Shown: one piece after another, positions 33,106-42,271 of the stretch
Position numbering within the stretch: the first letter of the stretch is position 1
Layout of the letters: every line of letters begins with the position of its first letter
NCBI GenBank assembly: GCA_050261175.1
Contig: JBLNDA010000020.1
Span: 19,756-83,755, forward strand
Origin: Clostridia bacterium
Lineage (GTDB): Bacteria; Bacillota; SHA-98; UBA4971
Direction: 5' to 3'
DNA: 64,000 bases
Position numbers and translations under genes: made by a program
Notes under the pieces: generated by a model
Told to the model about the DNA's origin: nothing
The model's database searches: none
Seen by the model: only the letters and a program-made list of their open reading frames with translations

Positions 33106-34002
33106 TCAGCGGAGACGAGCAAGCTCCCTGCGGATCATTTGAGGTAGGGCCTCGGCGAGGATGGCGCCGGCGGTTCTCGGCGCGACCTTTCCGGGCAAGC
33201 CCAGAGCGTGCACGGTTTTTATGCCGTAGCGGGCCGCGGCTTGGAAATCCGTCCCTCCGGGTTGGGACGCAAGGTCGATGATGAGCGATCCCGGCCTCAT
33301 CCTCTTGAGCACTTCCTCGGTAAGCACGACGGCGGGCACTGTGTTGAAGACCACATCGGCGTCAGACGCAGCCTGGGCCATGGACGAGAGATGCACCGTG
33401 GAAGCGCCCATCTCCTCGGCCCTCGCAAGCTGCGCGAGGTTTCTCGCAGCAACGGTGGTCCGCGCGCCGAGAGCCAGTAGGACCCTCGTGAGCGTTACGC
33501 CGACCCGGCCGAACCCTACGACCACGGCCCGGCACGAATGGATCGTCACCGGCAGCTCCTCCATGGCGATTTGGACGGCGCCCTCCGCAGTGGGTATCGA
33601 GTTCCTTATGGCGATCTCATCGTCCTCCGCGACTTCGACAAGGGTGACACCGTGCCTGGCCGCGAACTCCTTCAGCCTGGGCCTGGCAGCTCCGACGAAA
33701 AGCGGAGCCCTGGGCGGGATGACTTCGAGCACCTCCTCGCTCAGGGCGATTGTGAGATCGGGGTCGAGCGTTTTCACCTTGCCGCCGACGTCGAGGCCTC
33801 CCATGCCCACGACCACGGCATCCACGCCGCGAAGGGCCTCGAACACGGAGGTCTCTCTCTCCGCGCCGGCGAGCTCTGGGAGATCGGGGTACCCGACCAC
33901 TCTCACCTTGGCACCTTCGGCAAGGAACCTCTTTATCACCTCTATCTCCCGCCAGTCGCCCCCGAGCACCGCGATGACAAGCCCACCAAGGCCCGCCTTC
34001 AT
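33106..34002 (-). CDS. dpaA: Dipicolinate synthase subunit A
   Basis: ATG at 34002 (M39 of ORF 33106..34116) after GAGGAGGG. NAD-binding VVGFGRVG. Confidence 0.8.
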   Translation of the reverse strand: MKAGLGGLVIAVLGGDWREIEVIKRFLAEGAKVRVVGYPDLPELAGAERETSVFEALRGVDAVVVGMGGLDVGGKVKTLDPDLTIALSEEVLEVIPPRAPLFVGAARPRLKEFAARHGVTLVEVAEDDEIAIRNSIPTAEGAVQIAMEELPVTIHSCRAVVVGFGRVGVTLTRVLLALGARTTVAARNLAQLARAEEMGASTVHLSSMAQAASDADVVFNTVPAVVLTEEVLKRMRPGSLIIDLASQPGGTDFQAAARYGIKTVHALGLPGKVAPRTAGAILAEALPQMIRRELARLR

Positions 34003-34024
34003 CCACGGTCCCTCCTCTGACCTC

Positions 34025-34060
34025 AAGTTGCTACGTGTAATATATGAACCCGCCCGGGGG
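34025..34060 (-). promoter_or_regulatory. Candidate sigma-K-type promoter for the dpaA operon (-10 CATATATTA on the minus strand, AC-containing -35 about 17 nt upstream)
   Basis: The -10 matches the CATAnnnTA consensus and lies about 45 nt upstream of the dpaA ATG. spoVF is sigma-K dependent in B. subtilis. Coordinates approximate. Confidence 0.35.
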
Positions 34061-34359
34061 CCCGTGCCTGTTCCGCCCGCGGGGGGCGGGGGCTGCGGAG
34101 GGAAGGAGCTTTCCACCGGTAGCAGGGGTCAAGAGGACCTCAGGGCTTTGAGGCTAAGAGGCGGCCGACATGTCGAAGGGTCGTCCCAGGGCGCGACACC
34201 GGCAACCCCTCCCGAGGACAGAGAGCATCCCTGCGCCCTCACCCGGGAAGAGCCGCCGGCGCTCGCAAGGTAGTGCCCTGCGTGGACGACCCGCCGGGAA
34301 GCAACGACAGACCGGCAGTGTCTCGCGGACGATAGTATAGGCGAAACAGCACTCAGAAC

Positions 34360-35172
34360 TCAGAGATCGAGGAGATGCTCGAGGCCGAAGACCGCGTGAT
34401 CGAGCTTCGCGACCTTGCGGATGGCCATCATGACGCCTGGCATGAACGACTCCCTCGATATCGAGTCGTGGCGTATCGTGAGCACCTGGCCCGGCCCCCC
34501 GAATATGACCTCCTGGTGAGCGACCAGGCCAGGCAGCCTAACGCTGTGTATGCGCACGCCGCCCACGCTCTCTCCCCGGGCGAGGGGCTCCTCGCCCCCG
34601 GCTGCGGCCTCCGCCTGCGCCCGATCCGCCCTGGCCATGCCCTGGGCGGTCTTGATGGCGGTTCCGGAAGGCGCGTCTATCTTCCTCTCATGGTGCAGCT
34701 CGATTATCTCGGCAGCTTGAAAATACCTCGAGGCTATGCCGGCGAACTTCATCATGAGGACGGCCCCTATGGCGAAGTTGGGGGCCACCACCGCGCCTAT
34801 CCCGTTCCTACGGCACAAGAGGTCGATCTCATCGATGTCTTTAGCGCCGAGGCCGGTCGTGCCGACGACGCACCGGACGCCCATCCCCAATGCGGTTCTG
34901 ACGTTCCCCATGACGGCAGCGGGGTGCGTGAAGTCCACCATTACGTCCGGGCGCAGCCTGCTGAGGGACGAGGCGAGATCCGAGGTCACCTCGAGCAGGC
35001 CGTCCATGCGCTCGGGATCGATGGGCACCTTCCCCTCCTTCACATCCACCCCACCCAGGAGCTCCATGTCAGGCTGCCTGGATACTGCGGCCACGACCTG
35101 CCTTCCCATCCGTCCCGCGGCGCCCGCTACGACCACCCTGATGCGCGACGGGTCTCCTGTCTCCGTTGCCAC
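34360..35172 (-). CDS. dapB: 4-hydroxy-tetrahydrodipicolinate reductase
   Basis: 270 aa. N-terminal RVVVAGAAGRMG. EIIELHH...K..PSGTA motif. Confidence 0.85.
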   Translation of the reverse strand: MATETGDPSRIRVVVAGAAGRMGRQVVAAVSRQPDMELLGGVDVKEGKVPIDPERMDGLLEVTSDLASSLSRLRPDVMVDFTHPAAVMGNVRTALGMGVRCVVGTTGLGAKDIDEIDLLCRRNGIGAVVAPNFAIGAVLMMKFAGIASRYFQAAEIIELHHERKIDAPSGTAIKTAQGMARADRAQAEAAAGGEEPLARGESVGGVRIHSVRLPGLVAHQEVIFGGPGQVLTIRHDSISRESFMPGVMMAIRKVAKLDHAVFGLEHLLDL

Positions 35173-35386
35173 GGCTATCCCCTCCCCTGTTCATGTCAGT
35201 CCGCGTCCGCCCGCCGCTGCGGGAGAACAACGAAAGGCCGCCCGGTGCCCGCCCCCATGTGGCCGGACCCGCGACGGCGTTCGCCCGGCGGTCGCCGGTA
35301 CTCCTGGACGCATCGACCGTTCGGTGATGCCCAACCGGGGCAAGTCAGCATGCTCCGGAGCCACCAACGGTCTCCTGCATCCTCGC

Positions 35387-36193
35387 TCAGTGGATCTCGA
35401 TGTCGGACGCTCCGTACCTCTCGAGAACCTTCTTCGCGTCGTCCACAGTGTTGTCGTCGGCCTTCACGACAGCGAGGATCTTGCCTTCCTTCACCTTGTT
35501 CTCGTAGTATCTTCCCCGCTCCTCAGGAATGCCGAGGTCAACGAGGCCTCCCACGATCCCGCCGGTCACCGCTCCGGTAAGGCCCGCAGCTATAGGGCCT
35601 GCAGCCACGATCGGGCCGATTCCGGGGATGGCAAGCGCGCCAAGCCCGGCAAGAAGGCCCGCCGCGCCTCCTATCGCACCACCGGTGAGAGTCCCACCGG
35701 TAACGTCATTTCCCCCTCCGCGCATTGTAAGCCCGCCCTCGCCACGGCCGCCTCCCTTCACGCGGTCCTCTTTCGCGACTATGGATACCTTGTCCTCACC
35801 GAACCCCTTCCGTTTCAGGTCCTCGACCGCCTTCTCAGCCTGGTCGCGTGAATCAAACGTCCCCATTACGCTTGCCATTTGCAGAACCTCCTCCGAAACG
35901 CTGGATTTCGGCATTAGTTTGACATAATGGCAAGCCTCGTATTCACCGCGGCCTGTCACGGCCGCCACCTGCCGGTCGCACTGGTCGGACGAGCCGGATG
36001 CATCGTGGCCCTCGATCTTCTCCTTGATGCGCAGGTACTGGGCGACGAGCCTGTCCAGGTTCTCGCTGATGCGGTGCGTCTGCGCCCCGTCAAGCCTTCC
36101 GTCGTCGCGCGTTATGGCCATGTGCAGCTCCGCGCGCAGCTCCTCGATGGCGCTCCGGAGCGACTGCAGCATCTCGTCTATCCTCCCGTCCAT
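35387..36193 (-). CDS. In-frame fusion of a Spo0E-like aspartyl-phosphate phosphatase domain (N-terminal) and a YflT/DUF1269 general-stress-protein domain (C-terminal). A strong internal RBS+ATG at 35878 could also yield the YflT part alone.
   Basis: ATG 36193 after GGAGGGA. Spo0E-like signature IDEMLQSLRSAIEELRAELHMAITRDDGRLDGAQTHRISENLDRLVAQYLRIKEK. No stop codon before the YflT-like segment MASVMGTFDSRDQAEKAVEDLKRKGFGEDKVSIVAKE, which has its own GGAGGAGG RBS. Confidence 0.55.
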   Translation of the reverse strand: MDGRIDEMLQSLRSAIEELRAELHMAITRDDGRLDGAQTHRISENLDRLVAQYLRIKEKIEGHDASGSSDQCDRQVAAVTGRGEYEACHYVKLMPKSSVSEEVLQMASVMGTFDSRDQAEKAVEDLKRKGFGEDKVSIVAKEDRVKGGGRGEGGLTMRGGGNDVTGGTLTGGAIGGAAGLLAGLGALAIPGIGPIVAAGPIAAGLTGAVTGGIVGGLVDLGIPEERGRYYENKVKEGKILAVVKADDNTVDDAKKVLERYGASDIEIH

Positions 36194-37412
36194 CGTGCTC
36201 CCTCCGAACGAATGACGATTTCGCCCTCCGCGGGCCGACCGCAGCCGCAACGGGCACCGCCCCGCCGATCAGCTCCGCTGCCACCTCGCGCACGTCATCC
36301 TCGGTAACGCCGTTGATCCTCCTGAAAACCTCGTCCGGTGTCTCCAGAGGCTCGCGGAACAGCTCGAGCCGCCCAAGCCTGCTCATACGGCTGTTGGTTG
36401 TCTCCAGGTTCAGCACGAGACTGCTCTTCAGCTGTTCCTTGCCCCTCGCAAGCTCCTCGCCGCTGATCCCGCGCGACGCCACCTCTTCGAGCTCCTCACG
36501 AACCAGGTCTTCGACGACCTGAACGCGGTCCGGGCTTGTAGCTGCATAGAAGATGAAAGCTCCCACGTCGTCGAAGGACGCCACGTACGAGTATGTCGAG
36601 TACACCAGGCCCCGGTCCTCCCTGAGCTTCTGAAACAGCCTCGAGCTCATTCCACCTCCGATGGAGATGTCAAGCAGGTACAGCGCGTATCTCTTCGGGT
36701 GTTTCCTGCTGAATGCCTCTACCCCGAGGCACAGGTGAACTTGCTCCGTATTCTTCGGCCGGAAGACACGCACGCCCGGCGTCCATAACGGCCGCGCTGC
36801 GGGAGTCTGAGTTGACGATGGCAGGCTGAGGTGCCTCTCAACCGCTTCGACGATTTTCTCATGGGTCACGTGCCCGGCCGCTGCAACTACCACGTTCTCA
36901 CACGTGTAATGGCCGCCCATGTACCTCGCCACCGCATCCCGCGTGAGATGGCCGAGCGTCTCCTGCGTTCCGAGCACGGGCATGCCGACCGACCGCCTCC
37001 CCCAGGCGGCGCGTGCGATCTCGTCGTGAACCACGTCTTCCGGCGAGTCCTCGTACATCCCGATCTCCTCCGCCACCACGCCCCTCTCCTTTTCCACGTC
37101 CGCCGGGTCCAAGAGCGGGCGGCACACCAGGTCGCACAGGATGTCCACCGCGAGATCAACGTGTTCATCCAACACCTTCGCGTAGAAACAGGTGTGGTCC
37201 TTGCCCGTGAAGGCGTTCAGTTGACCGCCGACCCCGTCCATCTCTTCGGCGATCCGCCTCGCCGTTCGCCGTGTCGTGCCTTTGAAGACCAGGTGCTCGA
37301 TGAAGTGGGAGACGCCGTTCTCCGCCGGGTCTTCCCATCTCGAGCCCGCGTTCACCCAGATGCCGACAGAGCAAGACCTCACGTGAGGCATCTCTTCGGT
37401 GACCACCCTCAC
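36090..37412 (-). CDS. M16-family zinc peptidase (YmxG/MlpA-like)
   Basis: 440 aa. HFIEHLVFKGT inverted zincin motif. The C-terminal ~60 aa are low-complexity and overlap the Spo0E-like start in another frame. Confidence 0.8.
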   Translation of the reverse strand: MRVVTEEMPHVRSCSVGIWVNAGSRWEDPAENGVSHFIEHLVFKGTTRRTARRIAEEMDGVGGQLNAFTGKDHTCFYAKVLDEHVDLAVDILCDLVCRPLLDPADVEKERGVVAEEIGMYEDSPEDVVHDEIARAAWGRRSVGMPVLGTQETLGHLTRDAVARYMGGHYTCENVVVAAAGHVTHEKIVEAVERHLSLPSSTQTPAARPLWTPGVRVFRPKNTEQVHLCLGVEAFSRKHPKRYALYLLDISIGGGMSSRLFQKLREDRGLVYSTYSYVASFDDVGAFIFYAATSPDRVQVVEDLVREELEEVASRGISGEELARGKEQLKSSLVLNLETTNSRMSRLGRLELFREPLETPDEVFRRINGVTEDDVREVAAELIGGAVPVAAAVGPRRAKSSFVRREHDGREDRRDAAVAPERHRGAARGAAHGHNARRRKA

Positions 37413-37954
37413 GCCGCACGGGAGGACCGTCCGCCTGTAAGGAGTCGTACCATCCGACTTTGACAGATCTCCCCACCCCTCGTCATGAAACGACAGACAC
37501 TGATAGATTCGCCCACCTTGATATGATTCCTCTTTCGCCGTGAGAGAATCTCACCCTCGCCTGTCGCCGCGAGCCGCACCCACCCCGGGCGATAGATCGG
37601 CGCCGTATGTCGCCTGCATCGCCCCGGCAGCACGCTGCTCGGAGCGGGGCGCACTCCGTCTGGGTCGCGCGTGCGCGCCGGGCTGTCCACGGCGAGGCAG
37701 CCCCTTGGGTGGTCACCGGCCCTTCTTTCTAGGGATCGGCCGGCGTCTTCGCGCCCACGGTCCGCCGGAAGATGGACGCCGCGTGGCAACCCTTGCAGGA
37801 AAAGGCTCCGCTAGAGGAAGTTGCATAAAGGATCGCAAGCTCCTCAGTAGAACTGGAGATCACACACCGTGTGCGTCCGCGTGCGCCCGCGTGTGCGCCC
37901 GCGTCAGCTGGATGCTGTCGGCTGGATGCTCATGTTAAGGAGGAGAGGCCCGAC

Positions 37955-39436
37955 TTGGACCCGAAAATCGCAGCAGCCGTCATGACCCTCCTTCTACTAG
38001 TCTTCTCAGCGCAACACGAGACCTCCTCCCCGGATCCCGCCGAGCCGCCTGCGAACGCGCACGGTGTGTCTCTGTCGAACGAAGCCGCGGTCGGGTCCTC
38101 GCCGGCGAAGGAGGCCGGGGCCGGGGCCGGGGCGCCCGGTGTCACACCGGGGCGCGCACAAGCGACACCCAGTGCCGGGGCGAAGGCGACCGCGACCGTG
38201 CCCGAGCTCGAACCGGGAACCAGCACGACCGTCACGGAGCGGGCAAGACTGCGCAAGGGGCCCGGCACGTCGTACGCCACTCTCACGAAAGTGAATCCTC
38301 CCACGAAGTTCGTTACCCTCGCCCGCCACGGCGACTGGTACCAGGTCCGGCTGCAGGACGGACGGATCGGCTGGATTGCAGGGTTCCTGATTCTGGACCC
38401 GGCCAAGGGACGCGGGAATGGTACGGGTTCCGCGCAAGTTCCTGTTGAGCCTGACGGGACTGGGGGCAAATCGCCCGGCGCCCGCTGGGTGTTGGGATAC
38501 TACACCGAAGACTACCCGGGCGACCCGACGTCATATGGTTCCCTCTTGAGGAGCAAGGGAGTGCTCGATTCGATGGCGGCCTTCCTGCACCCCGTGGACG
38601 CCAACGGCCGCCTCTCGGGAAAGGCGAGCAAGCGCGCGGTCGAGGCCGCGCGCTCCGCCGGGGTCCGGACCCTAGCTTTGGTGCACAACCTGACCGCTTC
38701 GGGCTTCGACGCGAAGCGGGCCCACGCCCTTCTCCAGAACACGAATTCCCGGGCGAAGGCCATAGCTGACATCCTGGATATCCTGGAGGAAGGCGGGTAC
38801 GATGGCGTGAACATCGATCTCGAGAACGTGTACGCGTCGGATCGCAGCAAGCTCACGGCGTTCATGACGGAGGTCGCCGAGAAGCTCAAGCCCCGGGGAT
38901 ACCTCGTGACCATATCGGTGCCGGCCAAGACCGCGGATCACGCTGGGGCCGAATGGGTCGGCGCGTTCGACTACTACGCTCTCGGCCGGGTTTGCGACCG
39001 CGTCATGCTGATGACGTACGACGAGCACTCACAGACCAGCGGCCCGGGGCCCATCGCGTCGTACAACTGGGTCGAGAAGGTCGTGAGGTACGCCATAACC
39101 CAGATGCCGCGAGCCAAGATCCTGCTGGGCATCCCAGCGTACGGCTACGACTGGAACCTTCAGACGGGACGCGTCGCGGCTCTTCCCTATACGCAGGTGA
39201 TGAACCGCGCGAAAATCCTGAGCATCGACCCGTCGTGGGATGCGGCGGCGCGGTCGCCTCACTTCAAGTACGTGGACACGAGCGGCGCGCGTCATGAGGT
39301 ATGGTTCGAGTCTTCCGAGAGCATAAAGCCCAAGCTTGATCTCGTCACCAAGTACGGCCTCGGGGGCGTGGCCATATGGAGGCTGGGGTACGAGGACGAC
39401 GCGTACTGGCAGGTCATCAGCGAGAAGCTGAGGTGA
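37955..39436 (+). CDS. Secreted SH3b + glycoside-hydrolase-family-18 protein (YaaH/YdhD-like spore peptidoglycan hydrolase)
   Basis: Likely TTG start at 37955 after AAGGAGGAGAGG. Signal peptide MDPKIAAAVMTLLLLVFSA. SH3b segment (ATLTKVNPPTKFVTLARHGDWYQVRLQDGRIGWIAG). GH18 catalytic motif YDGVNIDLE. Confidence 0.75.
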   Translation: MDPKIAAAVMTLLLLVFSAQHETSSPDPAEPPANAHGVSLSNEAAVGSSPAKEAGAGAGAPGVTPGRAQATPSAGAKATATVPELEPGTSTTVTERARLRKGPGTSYATLTKVNPPTKFVTLARHGDWYQVRLQDGRIGWIAGFLILDPAKGRGNGTGSAQVPVEPDGTGGKSPGARWVLGYYTEDYPGDPTSYGSLLRSKGVLDSMAAFLHPVDANGRLSGKASKRAVEAARSAGVRTLALVHNLTASGFDAKRAHALLQNTNSRAKAIADILDILEEGGYDGVNIDLENVYASDRSKLTAFMTEVAEKLKPRGYLVTISVPAKTADHAGAEWVGAFDYYALGRVCDRVMLMTYDEHSQTSGPGPIASYNWVEKVVRYAITQMPRAKILLGIPAYGYDWNLQTGRVAALPYTQVMNRAKILSIDPSWDAAARSPHFKYVDTSGARHEVWFESSESIKPKLDLVTKYGLGGVAIWRLGYEDDAYWQVISEKLR

Positions 39437-39562
39437 CCCCGCGGGACGTTGCGGAGTTGCCGCGGGCGTCAAGGGAATCCGCAGCCTGGCGTCGCGAAAA
39501 CCCAGGGCCAAGCCGGGCGGCCACGCGGGCTCTGGTACGACGACCGGTTCCCGGCGCGCCGG

Positions 39563-40582
39563 TCACCGCGTTCTCAGGAGCTCGGATACGGTGGCAAACT
39601 GGTAACCGTTCTTGCGCGCCGTCTCGACGATGACGGGAAGAGCTTTGTTCGTGACCTCCGTCGGGTGCATCAGAACGATAGCGCCGGGGGTCATCTTGCG
39701 CACGACCCTGTCGATGACTTTCTGCGGGTCGCTGGTGTTCCAGTCTATCGTGTCCACGGTCCACATGATGGTGGTGTATCCGAGGGATGCGGCGGCTGAC
39801 GTCACCGTCTGGTTGCACTCGCCGTACGGCGGAGCGAAGAGCTTGCTGGGCTTTGCCCCGAGCCTTTCGAGCAGGTCCTCGTTCCGCAGGATGAAGTCGC
39901 GGATCTCGGCCTCTGGCATCCTGGCCACGTGAACGTGCTTCGCCCCGTGGTTTCCGATGTCGTGCCCCTCGTCCGCGAGGAGCTTGACGGATTCCGGACG
40001 CTTCTCGGCCCACTCACCGTCCAGGAAGAACGTGGCTTTCACATTGTGGGCGCGGAGGGTCTCGAGTATGGCGGGCAGGTGTTCCTCACCCCACGCCACG
40101 TTCACCGCGAGCGCCATGACTTTCTGGTCAGTCTCCACCTTGTAAACAGGGTTGAAGAGCCTCCTCGTGATCGTGGGCATCACGGTGATCCTCGCGAGCT
40201 CAACCGCCTCGCCCGGCTTCGCCCGCATCACCCGCGCCACCGTGAGGTCCACGTCCACGTCGGTCCCGGGCTCCTCGGCTATGATCTCGCCGGTTTCCTT
40301 GAAGTACATGGCATCCTTGGGGGAAACCCGCTCCCGCTCCGCCATGGTTTCGACGATGCGCCGCACCTCCTGAGACAAAAGACCAGCCACCTGCCTTCCC
40401 TCAAGAGTCACACCAGGGCGGACTCCGTAGAAGACGCGTCTCACCTCGTCGAGGGATGAGACGAAGACCGCCGTGAAAAACATTACGAGAAGGGCGAACG
40501 CTGCAAGCAGCATCGTCTCCTTGCTTATCACGATGGCGGTCAGACGCGCCTCGCGCTTGGGCACCAACCTGTCCTCACGCAT
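39563..40582 (-). CDS. Polysaccharide deacetylase (NodB domain) with N-terminal membrane anchor
   Basis: 339 aa. NodB motifs KATFFLDGEW and HGAKH. Confidence 0.8.
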   Translation of the reverse strand: MREDRLVPKREARLTAIVISKETMLLAAFALLVMFFTAVFVSSLDEVRRVFYGVRPGVTLEGRQVAGLLSQEVRRIVETMAERERVSPKDAMYFKETGEIIAEEPGTDVDVDLTVARVMRAKPGEAVELARITVMPTITRRLFNPVYKVETDQKVMALAVNVAWGEEHLPAILETLRAHNVKATFFLDGEWAEKRPESVKLLADEGHDIGNHGAKHVHVARMPEAEIRDFILRNEDLLERLGAKPSKLFAPPYGECNQTVTSAAASLGYTTIMWTVDTIDWNTSDPQKVIDRVVRKMTPGAIVLMHPTEVTNKALPVIVETARKNGYQFATVSELLRTR

Positions 40583-41405
40583 CGACTGGAGACCTCCTCT
40601 CTTGCCGCCCTGCCTCTCCCGGTGGCTCTATCGGGCGCTGCTCCCCTGTGTGAGGGTGTATGTAGTACCTTCCCTCTAGCAGCAGGCTTGAAAGGGGAAC
40701 GACGGCGTAGCCTTGCTTCTTCAGTTCAGCTATGATAGTCGGCAAGGCTTCCACCGTGTGAGCCCCCGTGACGTGGAACCTCACGATGGCTCCCTTGTGA
40801 ATCTTGCCGATGGCCCTGGCCTTGATGTCCGCCGCGGGCGCGCCGCGCCAGTCCAGTGAGTCTATGCTCCACACTACGGTCTCGTATCCGAGGTCTCTGG
40901 CGGTCTCGATGACCTTGTTGCTATACTCCCCGTACGGCGGACGGAAGACCTTCGGCGCCCGGCCCGTCGCTTCTTCGATGGTCTTGTGGGCCTTCTCCAA
41001 CTCCCGCTTGAGCTCGGACGCGAGAAGCGAGTTGGGATGCACCACGGAATAGGTATAGTTCCCGAGGTCGTGGCCGTCAGAGATGATCTGCCGGGCGGTC
41101 AGAGGATGGTCCGCGACCCACCTCCCCGACAGGAAGAACGTCGCCTTCACTCCGTGTTCCTTGAGAACACCGAGAATGTCCGTGGTCCGGTCCTTGCCGA
41201 ATCCGCCCTCGAACGTGAGAGCGACTTTGTTCTCCGCCGTCGCGACGAAGTACACGGGCACCAGCCTGCCGGAAACCGTGGCGATGACCGCCCTCGCCGC
41301 GCCGACGAGGGCAAGCTCGGCGGCGTGCACGAGGGCGATCAGGATGACGGCTGCAACGATCAGGCGGCGCCAGTTTCGCCCTATGATAACGAGCATGGGC
41401 CGCAC
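40575..41405 (-). CDS. Polysaccharide deacetylase (NodB domain), tandem paralogue
   Basis: 276 aa. KATFFLSGRWVADHP and DGHDLGNYTY motifs. Its 3' end overlaps the downstream paralogue's start by 8 nt. Confidence 0.8.
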   Translation of the reverse strand: MRPMLVIIGRNWRRLIVAAVILIALVHAAELALVGAARAVIATVSGRLVPVYFVATAENKVALTFEGGFGKDRTTDILGVLKEHGVKATFFLSGRWVADHPLTARQIISDGHDLGNYTYSVVHPNSLLASELKRELEKAHKTIEEATGRAPKVFRPPYGEYSNKVIETARDLGYETVVWSIDSLDWRGAPAADIKARAIGKIHKGAIVRFHVTGAHTVEALPTIIAELKKQGYAVVPLSSLLLEGRYYIHPHTGEQRPIEPPGEAGRQERRSPVDA

Positions 41406-41659
41406 TCCCCGTGGACCGTGTTCAGCTTATAGGTATGCGCGGCCTCCTCCTAGAATGCCTCGGATTGCGGGGGCGCTCCGTCCCGCACCCGGAGGACAGA
41501 ACGGCGCCGGGACGCCGCACGATAGCTCGTGCGCGCGTTCGTGGCCGCCGTCGCGGCCATCACCGCTCCCGGCGCGAGGCGACGACGGAGGCGGGTCCGC
41601 CGCCCCCGCGCGCCGTTCGTTCCGGCCGGCAGTCGATGGTTACACCGGCAGGCCGGCAC

Positions 41660-42115
41660 TCATCTCGCGAAGTAGTGGCTGCCGATGACGGTTGTGACCG
41701 GGCGGGAGTAGATCCACAAGGACGTGGCTTTCGCGGGATTGTAGAAGTAGAGGGCACCGTAGGTGGGATCCCATCCAGACAGCGCGTCCTGCGCCGCGCG
41801 ATAGGACTCGGGGTCCGGCGGCAGGTTGATCTGCCCGTCCATGACCGATGTGAAGGCCCAGGGTTCGTAGATCACCCCAGCTATCGTCTTGGGGAAGAGG
41901 GGACTCCTCACCCTGTTCATGACGACGGCTCCTACGCCGACCTTCCCTACGTACGGCTCCCCTCTGGCTTCACCTGCAATGAGGTGAGCAAGGAGCTGGT
42001 AGTCGGATGACGCAGCGCTCGCGACATCGCCCGACGGCACGGGAAGATGCGCCGACGAGACGAGGAGCACGGCCAGAAATCCAAGGACCATGAGTCTGGT
42101 CTTGCCGTGTCTCAT
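41660..42115 (-). CDS. SleB/CwlJ-type cell-wall hydrolase (spore cortex lytic enzyme catalytic domain)
   Basis: 151 aa. Signal peptide. Hydrolase_2 motifs LLAHLIAGEARGEPYVGKVGVGAVVMNR and ALYFYNP. AGGAGG RBS. Confidence 0.75.
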   Translation of the reverse strand: MRHGKTRLMVLGFLAVLLVSSAHLPVPSGDVASAASSDYQLLAHLIAGEARGEPYVGKVGVGAVVMNRVRSPLFPKTIAGVIYEPWAFTSVMDGQINLPPDPESYRAAQDALSGWDPTYGALYFYNPAKATSLWIYSRPVTTVIGSHYFAR

Positions 42116-42271
42116 GGCGTTACCTCCTTACCTGGTACTTTGTCGTGGCGCGCAAAGGCGCGCCGGGCGGGACCGAACGGACCGGCCCCGTCCATACGAA
42201 CTTGTGAGCGGATCATAGCACATAGGTGCAGGAAAGGACAACCGGAAGATCATGTTAAGGCAGATCCTGGG

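Noticed and set aside
37780-37950. Sigma-G/F-like CATGTTA element and other CATA motifs upstream of the GH18 gene
   Set aside because: The candidate -10 overlaps the ribosome-binding site and would leave essentially no leader. No convincing -35 was found.
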